Source: Candidatus Margulisiibacteriota bacterium
Lineage (GTDB): Bacteria; Margulisbacteria; WOR-1; O2-12-FULL-45-9
Direction of reading: 5' to 3'
DNA: 64,000 bases
Assembly: GCA_034723395.1 (NCBI GenBank)
Contig: JAYEOW010000004.1
Coordinates: 1-64,000, forward strand
Shown here: in pieces, positions 47,280 through 56,884 of the stretch
Numbering within the stretch: position 1 is the stretch's first letter
Layout of the letters: each line of letters starts with the position of its first letter
Program-made: the position numbers and the translations under genes
The notes under the pieces: generated by a model
Databases searched by the model: none
What the model was told of the DNA's origin: nothing
The model's input: only the letters and a program-made list of their open reading frames with translations

Positions 47280-47909
47280 ATGGTGGAAGCAGAAGGGAAC
47301 AAACAAGATCTCGGATTGACCACGAACCGAATCGAAGCGCTAACCGACGGTATTTTTGCCATCGCAATGACACTTCAGGTATTGTCGCTCAATCTCCCGG
47401 AGACGGCCAGCATCTTAAACGAAGCCGGACTGCATCATTTACTGATGGACCAATTTGATAAGTTCTTTAATTATGCGAGAAGTTTTCTTCTTTTGGCGAT
47501 CTTCTGGATCATTCACCACCAGCAGTTTCACTCGATCATTCGCACCGACCGGAAACATCTCTGGATAAATATCTTTATGCTTATGTTCGTCGCCCTGATC
47601 CCCTTTTCGACAACTCTGGTTGGAAACTTTAATAACGATTGGATGGCCGAATTCTTTTTTGGTGGGAACCTGTTTTTTGTCGGTTTGTTCATCCAGCTTA
47701 ACTGGCTCTACGCTGCCAATAATCACCGCTTAGTAAGGCGCAATTATCCGCAAGATAAAATTAATATCGGAAAGAAACGGGGAATGATCACTCCGGCCAT
47801 TTCACTGCTGGCAATGGGGATCTCGATCGTTAATCCCTCTCTGGCCTCCTACACTTATCTACTGATCCCGATCATTCTATCGCTTCCCAGCCTGAAACGA
47901 AGGGTTTAA
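47280..47909 (+). CDS. TMEM175-family potassium channel (DUF1211)
   Basis: RIEALTDGIFAIAMTL, WIIHH motifs; six TM helices. Confidence 0.9.
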   Translation: MVEAEGNKQDLGLTTNRIEALTDGIFAIAMTLQVLSLNLPETASILNEAGLHHLLMDQFDKFFNYARSFLLLAIFWIIHHQQFHSIIRTDRKHLWINIFMLMFVALIPFSTTLVGNFNNDWMAEFFFGGNLFFVGLFIQLNWLYAANNHRLVRRNYPQDKINIGKKRGMITPAISLLAMGISIVNPSLASYTYLLIPIILSLPSLKRRV

Positions 47910-47913
47910 AAAG

Positions 47914-49269
47914 TTATTTAAGATAGTAGATCCGCGTGTTGCGATCTCTTTCCAGTTGGAGCGCGTATCCTTTTATATTATCGGTCAGGATAGAATTATT
48001 TATTGATTTATCCTTTTTAACCGGGAATACCACGTATCCAAAAATATTTTTACCTGCTGGATAAGGGGCAAAGATCAATTCCGCATTTACGCCCTTGACC
48101 TGGATATTCGACGGACTGTCTGGTGAATAAAATTTTCCATCAAGCCCGACGATCATCTTTTTCTTTCCGAAAGATAAAAACCCCTTCCTCCCCCACGAAC
48201 CCCCGGCCGCCCAATCAAGCGGCGCCGCAATTAACACATACTCAAGGCTATCTGTTTTTTCCTCATATGCATCAATAATGTTCTTCAGTTCTATATTCTT
48301 TAGTTCGTAGTACTTTATTACCTTCTCTTTAATCCCAAGATCTTCGGCCGCTTTTAGCGGCGGAACAGATTTGGCAAGGACATCCATTGGAGTTTCTCCC
48401 CCGGCAACCCTTAATTTCCACCCCTTAATCCCTTTTAGGTCCAGAATAAAACCGGCTAACGGCCCGATCGCATATGATTCTCCCTCTTTGAGCGATCCTT
48501 TATGATGAAAATTGTTGTATTTTGTTTTCCACCTCCGGGCAAACAGCTTGCGCAGATCATCATACAACTTAAGCTTAGAAGCCCCACTGCCCAGCCGACC
48601 GAACACCACCCCAAACAAGCCTACATATTCTGCCGAACCTTCCAGCCGATCGACCTCAAAGTTTCGATTCTTTTCTTCAGGAAATTGTACAGAATAAAGA
48701 TTATGCCAGTATACCGATTCACCCACAGCTCCCCGCTCTTTCTTAACAAAAGCCCGATAAAGCGCATCCATTATCATTCTCCTCAGGTAGCGCGGCCTCC
48801 AATTTTCGGGATAGATATCACCGCGAAAGGTTGCTCCAGACTTACTCTTCCATAATGCCTGCCCCACAATGTGAAAACCTTCATGGCAAAGAAGGATCAA
48901 TATATCATCAATATCATAGTTACTCTTTTCTAAAGCGACGGAAAGTGCAATCCTCTCCTTCCATTTAGATCTGCTCCAGTTGCCGTCTGTGCGTAAATTT
49001 GGCGGCAGCGCAGAATAACTAACCTCTCCAACTCCCCCCTCCTGATCTCTATTCCAAACAAAGGCCTTTTTCCCTTCATTGTCCAGCATGACCACTAAGA
49101 GATCCTTCCACCCGCTGCCCGGCCAGACATTGTTTGGGTAATCGAGCGTCGATTCGGAAAGGGCCCTCCCTACCTCTTTTGCTCCATCGATCGAAAATCC
49201 GCCCATAAAAAAAGCGGCGGAAGAAAAGGCTAAAATGAAGACCATTAAAAAGGCGGTAATCAGTTTCAT
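47914..49269 (-). CDS. Secreted hypothetical protein with HExxH motif
   Basis: Signal peptide; CHEGFH...LEGSAEY. Confidence 0.65.
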   Translation of the reverse strand: MKLITAFLMVFILAFSSAAFFMGGFSIDGAKEVGRALSESTLDYPNNVWPGSGWKDLLVVMLDNEGKKAFVWNRDQEGGVGEVSYSALPPNLRTDGNWSRSKWKERIALSVALEKSNYDIDDILILLCHEGFHIVGQALWKSKSGATFRGDIYPENWRPRYLRRMIMDALYRAFVKKERGAVGESVYWHNLYSVQFPEEKNRNFEVDRLEGSAEYVGLFGVVFGRLGSGASKLKLYDDLRKLFARRWKTKYNNFHHKGSLKEGESYAIGPLAGFILDLKGIKGWKLRVAGGETPMDVLAKSVPPLKAAEDLGIKEKVIKYYELKNIELKNIIDAYEEKTDSLEYVLIAAPLDWAAGGSWGRKGFLSFGKKKMIVGLDGKFYSPDSPSNIQVKGVNAELIFAPYPAGKNIFGYVVFPVKKDKSINNSILTDNIKGYALQLERDRNTRIYYLK

Positions 49270-49293
49270 TTCTTCCAGATTATAACATATAGG

Positions 49294-49322
49294 TTGACGG
49301 ATTATATTATATATTGTAAAAT
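49294..49322 (+). promoter_or_regulatory. Sigma70-type promoter TTGACG-17-TAAAAT for the RRM gene
   Basis: Near-consensus; implies a leader of about 130 nt. Confidence 0.6.
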
Positions 49323-49458
49323 CAGTGCGTTAAATGGTCGAAGTTAATGATTATAAGCACATATGTTTCTGCAGACTATGTCACCAGTGTCCCCGCTATT
49401 TCGGGTCCTCGGTTTCCATTAATATCAGCAGAAAATCTATCAGGAGGAGTACAACCTT

Positions 49459-49722
49459 ATGAAAAGCTTATTTGTAGGAAATTTGGCTTGGGCAGTTACC
49501 GACGAAGACCTTAAGAACAAGTTCGTTGAATTCGGTAATGTTTTATCAGCTCGAGTGATTACCGACAAGTTTTCGGGCAAGTCCCGTGGATTTGGTTTTG
49601 TCGATATGGATGATGCGGACGCTGAAAAAGCGATCGCCGGTATGGCCGAGCAGGATTGGAATGGCCGTAAAATTACGGTTAACGAAGCCAAGCCAAGGGC
49701 CGAGCGTGGAAACCGATCTTAA
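49459..49722 (+). CDS. RRM-domain RNA-binding protein
   Basis: RNP2 LFVGNL and RNP1 RGFGFV; AGGAGG SD. Confidence 0.95.
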   Translation: MKSLFVGNLAWAVTDEDLKNKFVEFGNVLSARVITDKFSGKSRGFGFVDMDDADAEKAIAGMAEQDWNGRKITVNEAKPRAERGNRS

Positions 49723-49725
49723 TTA

Positions 49726-51186
49726 GTGCCTCTCTTTTTATCAAAAAGTAAATACCTGGGGGGGCTTAGGTGCCCTAAGTTCCTCTGGTATATGTATAAC
49801 CGGAAGGATCAAATCCCGCCTCCTCCACCCGAGCTCGAAGAGGTATTTAAACAGGGGCGGATCGTTGGCGAACATGCCCAACAACTCTTTCCTGACGGGA
49901 TTAAAATCGGACGCGAATTTAATCCTAACCGGATGAGTGAAAAATCACTCAATGCCCTTTTCCGCAGCGTCCCCGTCTTTGAAGCAGGATTTGTTTGCCA
50001 CCAAGCTTATGCCCTGGCAGATATTTTAGTCCCGGCACAGAACGGGAGCTGGGACTTAATCGAGGTTAAAAGTTCGACCGGGATCAAAGAAGAGCATCTG
50101 TTGGATGCCGCTTTCCAAAAATATGTCTACTCTGGCGCCGGGGTCAAGGTTAATCGCTGTTATCTGATGCATCTTAATAAAGAGTATATCCGTAATGGTG
50201 ACCTTGAAGTTGATAAACTCTTTAAAAAGGTCGATGTTAGTGAAGAAGTGGAGCAGCTCCTCCCTGATACGCAAAAGAATATCGGAATCTTGCTTAACTT
50301 GATCAACGGACCGGAGCCAAACACGAAGATCGGCATGCACTGCAGCGAGGAATGCCCGCTTTGGGAAATATGCACCAATTCCCTACCCAAAGATAATATT
50401 TTTAATCTCCGCTCCGGAAAAAAGATCGCCCTGGCCTTGTTCGAACAAGGGATCATCCGGATCAGGGATATCCCTGAATATGTTGAGCTGAACAAGAAAC
50501 AAAAGATCCAGTTAAACTCACATCTTAACAATAAACCCTATGTCAACAAGGCAGAGATCAAAGCTTTTCTTGATGAACTTGCATATCCATTATATTTTCT
50601 CGATTTCGAAACGATCGCTCCCGCCATCCCGACTTATGATCAGACCCACCCCTATCAGGACATCCCCTTCCAATATTCCCTGCATGTTCAGAACAGCAAG
50701 GGGAGCAAACCGATCCACTACGAATACCTTGCCCCGGGAGACATCGATCCACGGCCGGAGGTATTGAAACAATTAAAGGATCGTCTTGGCAGCTCCGGAT
50801 CGATCGTCGCCTATAACGCAGCTTACGAGCTTAAATGCATTGGATCATCAGTAAAAGTTAATCCGGGATTCAAATCCTGGTTCGATCAGATCAGACTGCG
50901 CTTTGCCGACCTGCTGATCCCTTTTAAAAACTTTTATTATTACCATCCGGAACAATTAGGCAGCGCCTCCTTAAAAAAGGTCCTCCCGGCATTAACTGAT
51001 GAAAGCTATGAAGGAATGGAGATCGGAGGCGGGAGACGGGCTAGCGCAGAGTACTTAAGAATTACCTTTGATAAAGGGATAGATAATAAAGAACGTCGGG
51101 AAATAAGAAGGGCATTGACCAAGTATTGCGGTTTAGATACGCGGGGGATGATCGATATATTAGATGTGCTGGAAAAGGTTATTTAA
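49726..51186 (+). CDS. DUF2779-domain protein (N-terminal PD-(D/E)xK-like nuclease plus RNase H-like domain)
   Basis: LSKSKY...CPK, ADIL...IEVKS...DAAFQ; LDFET, PFQYSLH, SLKKVLP, YCGLDT. Confidence 0.82.
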   Translation: MPLFLSKSKYLGGLRCPKFLWYMYNRKDQIPPPPPELEEVFKQGRIVGEHAQQLFPDGIKIGREFNPNRMSEKSLNALFRSVPVFEAGFVCHQAYALADILVPAQNGSWDLIEVKSSTGIKEEHLLDAAFQKYVYSGAGVKVNRCYLMHLNKEYIRNGDLEVDKLFKKVDVSEEVEQLLPDTQKNIGILLNLINGPEPNTKIGMHCSEECPLWEICTNSLPKDNIFNLRSGKKIALALFEQGIIRIRDIPEYVELNKKQKIQLNSHLNNKPYVNKAEIKAFLDELAYPLYFLDFETIAPAIPTYDQTHPYQDIPFQYSLHVQNSKGSKPIHYEYLAPGDIDPRPEVLKQLKDRLGSSGSIVAYNAAYELKCIGSSVKVNPGFKSWFDQIRLRFADLLIPFKNFYYYHPEQLGSASLKKVLPALTDESYEGMEIGGGRRASAEYLRITFDKGIDNKERREIRRALTKYCGLDTRGMIDILDVLEKVI

Positions 51187-52192
51187 TATATTCGGTGCGT
51201 CCTGAAAAAGTAAAAGCATAAGCTCTAATTGCACCTGTTTTTAATCTGATACTGATTATCCCATCCTCGGCCTTATTGCTTTTTATCAAATTATACATTG
51301 TTCCTTTTTCGACCGATAATTCTTTTAAGAATTTTCCACTATGTAAAACATCAACCACGGTATTGCCCACTAAAGGATTGAGCACCACATTTACTTCCGT
51401 GGCCCGGAACCTCAACATCAATTCGGCGCCCGTTTTATCTGTCTGCACATAATCCCGCATTGCCAAAAACGTCCCTTTAAGCGCAAGGCTGTCTTGCGGA
51501 ATCTGTTTTGGCGGCGTATAGTTTTTAACCTTATTGTATAAAAATCCGCCTTTATTACTTAAAAATCCTCTTTGATACCCGCAATATATCTCTGGAGTAA
51601 AGGGGAAACACATCCCGATATATTTTTTTTGTATCCCTAACTCGGGGAGCCTTAGTTTCCGATCCTTTTCCTTAAGCATCATTTGGATTGCTTTTTCTGT
51701 CTCCGTATACTTCCCTTCCCCAAAATGGGCATAAACTATCGCCCCATTTTTATCGGCCAGATATTTTGCCGGCCAGGAGTGGTTATTAAAATTTTCCCAA
51801 TTCTCGTAATACTCATCCAATACAACCGGCCATTCCACACCCAACTCCCTGATCGCACACTGTACATTCCCGGGATCCCTTTCAAAATCAAATTCCGGGG
51901 TATGTATACCAATGATCAGAAACCCTTTATCTTTATATTTTTTCCACCATTGCTTAAGATATGGGATAGTGCGGCGGCAGTTAACACAAGAATAGGTCCA
52001 GAAATCGTATAATACGATCTTCCCTTCAAGTTCTTTTAGGCTTAAAGGCTTTGAATTAAACCACACCTTGCTATCTACTGCAGGCGCTTTTGACATTCTC
52101 CCCACATCCAAGCCCGGCCTTTCCCCTGACGCAAAAGCAGATGAACAAATAACCAGACAAATAGTGAGAAGACAAAAAAACCTATTTAACAT
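51179..52192 (-). CDS. Redoxin/thioredoxin-like protein resembling the DipZ C-terminal region
   Basis: DFWTYSCVNC, GIHTPEF, WPAKY, HFGEG, AFTF motifs. Confidence 0.88.
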   Translation of the reverse strand: MLNRFFCLLTICLVICSSAFASGERPGLDVGRMSKAPAVDSKVWFNSKPLSLKELEGKIVLYDFWTYSCVNCRRTIPYLKQWWKKYKDKGFLIIGIHTPEFDFERDPGNVQCAIRELGVEWPVVLDEYYENWENFNNHSWPAKYLADKNGAIVYAHFGEGKYTETEKAIQMMLKEKDRKLRLPELGIQKKYIGMCFPFTPEIYCGYQRGFLSNKGGFLYNKVKNYTPPKQIPQDSLALKGTFLAMRDYVQTDKTGAELMLRFRATEVNVVLNPLVGNTVVDVLHSGKFLKELSVEKGTMYNLIKSNKAEDGIISIRLKTGAIRAYAFTFSGRTEYIK

Positions 52193-52205
52193 TTCTGACG
52201 AATGC

Positions 52206-52805
52206 TTATATCTTATCTTTTATGACAATCTTATTGACAATGACCGGTTCCAGCGGGCGGTCCATCTGGTCCCGTTTAACCATGTTGATCTCATTAACCA
52301 CTTCAGACCCTTCGATCAATTGGCCGAAGATCGTGTGCTTGCCGTTGAGCCAAGGAGTGATTGCGGTAGTAACAAAAAATTGAGATCCATTGGTCCCCGG
52401 CCCCGCATTGGCCATCGCTAACCTGCCTACCTGGTCAAAATTGAGCCCGGGAACTATCTCGTCCTCAAATCTGTACCCCGGCCCCCCGGTCCCATTCCCT
52501 AACGGATCGCCCCCTTGGATCATAAAATTTGGAATGACCCGGTGAAAAACGGTCCCATCATATAACGGCTCCTGTTTTTTTTCTCCACTACGCGGGTCTG
52601 CCCACTCCTTGGTCCCTTTAGCCAATCCGACAAAATTCTCAACCGTTACCGGCGCGTCCTTTGGATAGAGGATACAAGTAAAGTTCCCCTTGTTTGTTTC
52701 AAAAACCGCGTAAAGCTTATCGGGCATTTTTGGCCTTCCTCCCATCGCTGATGCAATGTTAATAGTTAGGATGCAAATTATAAAGATGAATAAATATTTC
52801 TTCAT
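52206..52805 (-). CDS. Cyclophilin-type peptidyl-prolyl isomerase
   Basis: FHRVIPNFMIQGGDP, AMANAGPGTNGSQFF, HTIFG motifs. Confidence 0.96.
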   Translation of the reverse strand: MKKYLFIFIICILTINIASAMGGRPKMPDKLYAVFETNKGNFTCILYPKDAPVTVENFVGLAKGTKEWADPRSGEKKQEPLYDGTVFHRVIPNFMIQGGDPLGNGTGGPGYRFEDEIVPGLNFDQVGRLAMANAGPGTNGSQFFVTTAITPWLNGKHTIFGQLIEGSEVVNEINMVKRDQMDRPLEPVIVNKIVIKDKI

Positions 52806-52869
52806 AACGGTTGCAATTATAACATAAAAGCCTTATGATGTAATATCTTTTTCAGGAAGGGAGAACTAA

Positions 52870-53034
52870 ATGATAGTTGAAAGATCAGAATTCAAGGGAC
52901 GCCCGATGCTGGTAATTAAAAACAGCGAGGATGATAAATACCCCTTCTCTTTTGGCCTCTCTAAAGCCAGAAAGATCGTGGAAAATATCGAAGAGATCAA
53001 AAAGTTCGTCGCAGAAAACCAAAAAGACGCTTAA
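52870..53034 (+). CDS. Small hypothetical protein, 54 aa (absent from the ORF track)
   Basis: MIVERSEFKGRPMLVIKNSEDDKYPFSFGLSKARKIVENIEEIKKFVAENQKDA*; AAGGGAG SD. Confidence 0.75.
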   Translation: MIVERSEFKGRPMLVIKNSEDDKYPFSFGLSKARKIVENIEEIKKFVAENQKDA

Positions 53035-53312
53035 TCCGACGCAACTGCCGCATCTTTTAGATCGGAAGACTTAACATAGGCCCATTTATCTAAATAAGGG
53101 ATATAGACAATTACATATCCCTGATAAATGAATATATGTCCGTTGTAAAACGGCTTTTTTAAGTCTTTCCCTTCTTCGCTTCCGGTCTTGTCCCTGTCCT
53201 CGTACATCGTTTTTGCTAATTCGTCAATTGCATCGGTAGTCAAAGGGGCGGCAAGAACAGGCATCGAAAGACATAGGATAAATAAACAAATTACTAATTT
53301 TTCCATGATCAT
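53031..53312 (-). CDS. Small secreted hypothetical protein
   Basis: GAGGAGG SD before ATG 53312; signal peptide ending VLA. Confidence 0.7.
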   Translation of the reverse strand: MIMEKLVICLFILCLSMPVLAAPLTTDAIDELAKTMYEDRDKTGSEEGKDLKKPFYNGHIFIYQGYVIVYIPYLDKWAYVKSSDLKDAAVASD

Positions 53313-53325
53313 TTCCTCCTCACAT

Positions 53326-53353
53326 ATATCGCTGTTTTTTCCCGTAAATTTCA
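53326..53353 (-). promoter_or_regulatory. Putative alternative-sigma (sigma28-like) promoter TGAAAT-N16-CGATAT
   Basis: Third copy of the motif with identical spacing. Confidence 0.6.
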
Positions 53354-53418
53354 ATAAAGTATCATTTGACACTACCCCTGGAAAGAGTGTAATCTGGAAC
53401 GGAACTCGGAAGGTGTAA

Positions 53419-53946
53419 ATGGAAACAAAGATAATCCGTTCCCGCAGAAAGACCCTTTCTCTTGAAATCAAAGAAGATGCCACATTAATTATTCGCGCCC
53501 CACAGCATATCCCCCATCAGCATATTCTAAGGATCATTGAGAAGAAGCGTCCCTGGATAGAAAGAAAACGATCCCAAACCAGGAAAAGCATTCCACTGGC
53601 TAAAGAAGAGCTAAAATATTACCAGCAGAAAGCCGCGCAGCTTATCCCTCAAAGAGCAGAATATTACGCAGCCGCCCATAGATTAAAATATAAAAGGATT
53701 AGAATAAATGACGCTCAAAAAAGGCTCGGCTCATGCAGCTCCAAGGGAAATTTAAATTTCAGCTGGAGGATAATTCTAGCCCCCCTTCCTGTTATCGATT
53801 ACATAGTGTGCCACGAACTCGCTCACCTGATCGAAAAAAACCATTCACATAAATTTTGGGGTAAGGTCGAAGAACTGTACCCTAATTATAAAGCGTGCAA
53901 AAAGTGGCTCAAAGAGAATGGTTATGTTAAAATAAATATATCATGA
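53419..53946 (+). CDS. YgjP/DUF45-family metallohydrolase
   Basis: SRRKTLSL, RLGSCS, DYIVCHELAHLIEKNHS motifs. Confidence 0.9.
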   Translation: METKIIRSRRKTLSLEIKEDATLIIRAPQHIPHQHILRIIEKKRPWIERKRSQTRKSIPLAKEELKYYQQKAAQLIPQRAEYYAAAHRLKYKRIRINDAQKRLGSCSSKGNLNFSWRIILAPLPVIDYIVCHELAHLIEKNHSHKFWGKVEELYPNYKACKKWLKENGYVKINIS

Positions 53947-54380
53947 AGCTTTATTTAGGCCAACACGGAGAAGCAAACCCGGAAAATATCGATCCTGCCC
54001 GGGGGTTAACCGGTAAAGGGATAGCAGACACCAAAAAAGTAGCCGATTTTTCGAAAAACATCAAGGTTGATGAAATTTGGCATAGCACTAAACTTCGCGC
54101 TAAACAGACCGCTGAGATATTTGCAAAGGTTCTAGGCAAGAAAGCAATCGAACAGGAGGGACTAAGGCCCAACGATCCGGTCTCCCCCATTGTTAAAAAA
54201 ATTGATAGGGATTTAATGGTCGTCGGACACCTCCCCTTTATGGAAAAAATCTCTTCATTCCTTATTACCGGGTCCGAAGATAACCGACCGGTTATCTTTC
54301 GGCAGGCAGGCATCGTATGTCTGGAAAACACTAATTCAAAATGGGGGCTATCCTGGATGGTCACTCCGGAGGTGCTGTAA
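53943..54380 (+). CDS. sixA: Phosphohistidine phosphatase SixA
   Basis: QHGEA (RHG variant), RAKQTA, VGHLP motifs. Confidence 0.85.
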   Translation: MKLYLGQHGEANPENIDPARGLTGKGIADTKKVADFSKNIKVDEIWHSTKLRAKQTAEIFAKVLGKKAIEQEGLRPNDPVSPIVKKIDRDLMVVGHLPFMEKISSFLITGSEDNRPVIFRQAGIVCLENTNSKWGLSWMVTPEVL

Positions 54381-54383
54381 ATT

Positions 54384-54908
54384 ATGGACATGTTAAAAAA
54401 GGCCTATTCAATAATGTTTTCCCCTGAAAAGTTGGTTAGTTATTCGGGTAAAGCCATGGGAATGCTCCTTTCTATTGTCGCAATTTACGCTATCTATAAA
54501 ATAATCGTTATCGCGATCGACAGAACCCTGAAAAATCGGCTGAATGATGACCGGATGAAAATGCTGGTATCATTAAGTAAAAGCGTCCTGCGCTACGCAG
54601 CCTTTGTTATCATTTTTATAACCATCCTGCAGCAGCTTGGAATAAACATCACCGCCCTTCTAGCCAGCGCTGGAATGCTGGGACTGGCAATAAGTTTTGG
54701 CTCTCAAAACCTGGTCCGGGATATTATCTCTGGAATATTCATTATTATTGAAAGGCGTTTTATAATCGGGGATAAAGTAAAGATCTCCGGAATCGAAGGG
54801 GAAGTGACCAGAATGACCCTGCGTATGACCGCGATTAAAGCCGAGGACGGGACCTCACATACTATTCCAAACGGAAGCATTGCTGTAGTGCAAAATTTCA
54901 GCCGATAA
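54384..54908 (+). CDS. Short MscS-family mechanosensitive channel
   Basis: GLAISFGSQNLVRDIISG, GD, IPNG motifs; lacks the C-terminal domain. Confidence 0.85.
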   Translation: MDMLKKAYSIMFSPEKLVSYSGKAMGMLLSIVAIYAIYKIIVIAIDRTLKNRLNDDRMKMLVSLSKSVLRYAAFVIIFITILQQLGINITALLASAGMLGLAISFGSQNLVRDIISGIFIIIERRFIIGDKVKISGIEGEVTRMTLRMTAIKAEDGTSHTIPNGSIAVVQNFSR

Positions 54909-54947
54909 CAAGCCCCTCGCCGGACAACTCGAACTTGACAATTATAC

Positions 54948-54976
54948 TTTATATGTTAAACTATTTAACATATAAA
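54948..54976. promoter_or_regulatory. Probable MarR operator overlapping the -10 box
   Basis: Perfect TTTATATGTTAAA-CTA-TTTAACATATAAA palindrome just after TTGACA at 54935-54940. Confidence 0.75.
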
Positions 54977-54981
54977 TCATC

Positions 54982-55431
54982 ATGAATCAAAGAAATTCAA
55001 TCCCTTACTTAAAAAGATTCGAACAGATCATGCCTCTCTTTCATAAAAGCATGGCCCATATGAACGAATGCTGCGTGGAAGAGATGAACCTCACCCCTCA
55101 CCAATTTATCGTCCTAAAGATTATCGCCAATACCGATAATTGCATTATGTCGGACCTAAGCAACAATCTTGGCGTGACAATGGGGAACATGACCACAATG
55201 CTAGATCGCCTGATCAAAGAGGGATTCGCAGCCAGAAAGCAGGAACCGGATGATCGCCGCGTGGTTGGAGTTAGGCTGACTAACAAAGGAAAAGATATCG
55301 TCGCCAAAGCCACAAAAAAAAGACAGAACATACTGCTCAACATGTTGAAAAAATTATCAAATAAAGACATTGAGACCATGTTAAAATTAATTGAAAAGAT
55401 CGTCACCAATCAGGAGCCAGCAAATGAGTAA
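54982..55431 (+). CDS. MarR-family transcriptional regulator
   Basis: LTPHQF, LDRL..EG, DDRRV..VRLT.KG motifs. Confidence 0.92.
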   Translation: MNQRNSIPYLKRFEQIMPLFHKSMAHMNECCVEEMNLTPHQFIVLKIIANTDNCIMSDLSNNLGVTMGNMTTMLDRLIKEGFAARKQEPDDRRVVGVRLTNKGKDIVAKATKKRQNILLNMLKKLSNKDIETMLKLIEKIVTNQEPANE

Positions 55432-56884
55432 ATATATTACCATACTATTATGCTTATTGGTCATGCCAAGCGTCGCTTTTGGGGCTACCACTCTCACTCA
55501 AGATAAATTCATCAAACAGGCGATTAAAAACAATCCCAGTTATCAAATATCGGCCCAGGAATATATGATCGCTTTAGAACAAAATAAAAGCACCCGCTCT
55601 TTAGAAGATTGGAACCTGGTACTGTCCGGTTTATGGAATGAATCTTCCCCTCCCCCGCTAAGCTCTTTTTCCGCCCAATACCGAAAAACCGCCGGCTATA
55701 CGGTTGGCCTTGAAAAATATATCGCTGACACGGGCACCGCCATCCAGCTTGAACACTCAAATACCCGGTTCGATTCAAAATATCCGCCGGGCTCCAGTGC
55801 TTTTAATCCGCCATCTAAATACTATTTGTCTTCTATTTCGTTAACTATCGTCCAGCCATTACTGAAAAACGCCTGGGGGCTAGCGACTAAAAACGCGCTA
55901 AAAATGTCTGGCTATTCCCTCAAATTAGCCAAGATAAAGTTATCCGAAGATTGGGAAGATCTTATCAGCCTGCTCCGAAAGGAATATCTAACCTGGCAAA
56001 AATGCGTTAAAAATATAAGCTTAGTAAAGGGCCAGGTTAAAACCGTTAAAAACCAGCTGGCTTTAACAAAAAGGCAGTTAAAATACGGGCTTTCTGAAGA
56101 GCTGGATGTTGTCCAGCTGGAACAGAAACTCGAAGCCTATAGGATAATGTTAGAACAGGCGATCCTGGTTTGTGATACCCAAACCCAAAAGATATTCCAG
56201 CTTATGGGACAAAGGGGCGCAAACTCAGCGAATGCTTATCCTGATAAATTCATTCCAAATGGATCAATTATGGATGCAGCAACCGCTGGCTCATATTTAA
56301 GATCATCCTCGAATATAAAAAGGACCGCTGATATCCTGGTTGATCTTCAAACCACAAATCTTGAGACGAAAGAAAACGCTAAACAGATAGATGTCAATTT
56401 AGTGCTCTCTGCCAAACCGAACGCTTTTACCGAAGGGCTCAGTGACAGCCTCACCAAGATCGGCCAGTACAGCGAAAAGACGATCAGCGTTACCGCGAGC
56501 CGTCCCCTCGGCAACGACCAGGCCGAAGCGGAAGCGGAGAAAGCCAAGATCGAATATAATAAATCCATCAAACAGAGAGAGAATATCCTGCTTAATGCCA
56601 ATCTTGGGCTATCTTCTCTCTACACAAACTTAAAGCGCCTGAGCAATATGGTCAAACTCAACGAAAACAGCCTTAAACTGGCCAAAAAGCGGTCAATATT
56701 AGAAAAGAGAAAATTCAATCAGGGGCGCAGCTCGGTATTTTTTGTGCTGCAAGCAGATGATGACATGTTAAAAGCCGAAAATTCACTCAATGAAACTATT
56801 TTTTCCCGGGAAGAGATCATCAACCAGATCAAAACCCTAACCGATCGTTATTTAGTCGAATATAAGGACGTCTTAAAATTATGA
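55424..56884 (+). CDS. TolC-family outer-membrane efflux protein
   Basis: Signal peptide, A.KNNP, QPLLK, two helical halves ending YG.S and QG.S. Confidence 0.88.
   Translation: MSKYITILLCLLVMPSVAFGATTLTQDKFIKQAIKNNPSYQISAQEYMIALEQNKSTRSLEDWNLVLSGLWNESSPPPLSSFSAQYRKTAGYTVGLEKYIADTGTAIQLEHSNTRFDSKYPPGSSAFNPPSKYYLSSISLTIVQPLLKNAWGLATKNALKMSGYSLKLAKIKLSEDWEDLISLLRKEYLTWQKCVKNISLVKGQVKTVKNQLALTKRQLKYGLSEELDVVQLEQKLEAYRIMLEQAILVCDTQTQKIFQLMGQRGANSANAYPDKFIPNGSIMDAATAGSYLRSSSNIKRTADILVDLQTTNLETKENAKQIDVNLVLSAKPNAFTEGLSDSLTKIGQYSEKTISVTASRPLGNDQAEAEAEKAKIEYNKSIKQRENILLNANLGLSSLYTNLKRLSNMVKLNENSLKLAKKRSILEKRKFNQGRSSVFFVLQADDDMLKAENSLNETIFSREEIINQIKTLTDRYLVEYKDVLKL

Noticed and set aside
49726..51186. 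CRISPR-associated Cas4
   Set aside because: No cas1, cas2 or array nearby; the fused RNase H-like domain fits DUF2779 proteins better.
53313..53483. N-terminal extension of the 53031 ORF
   Set aside because: It overlaps the divergent gene; the strong SD and signal peptide indicate ATG 53312.
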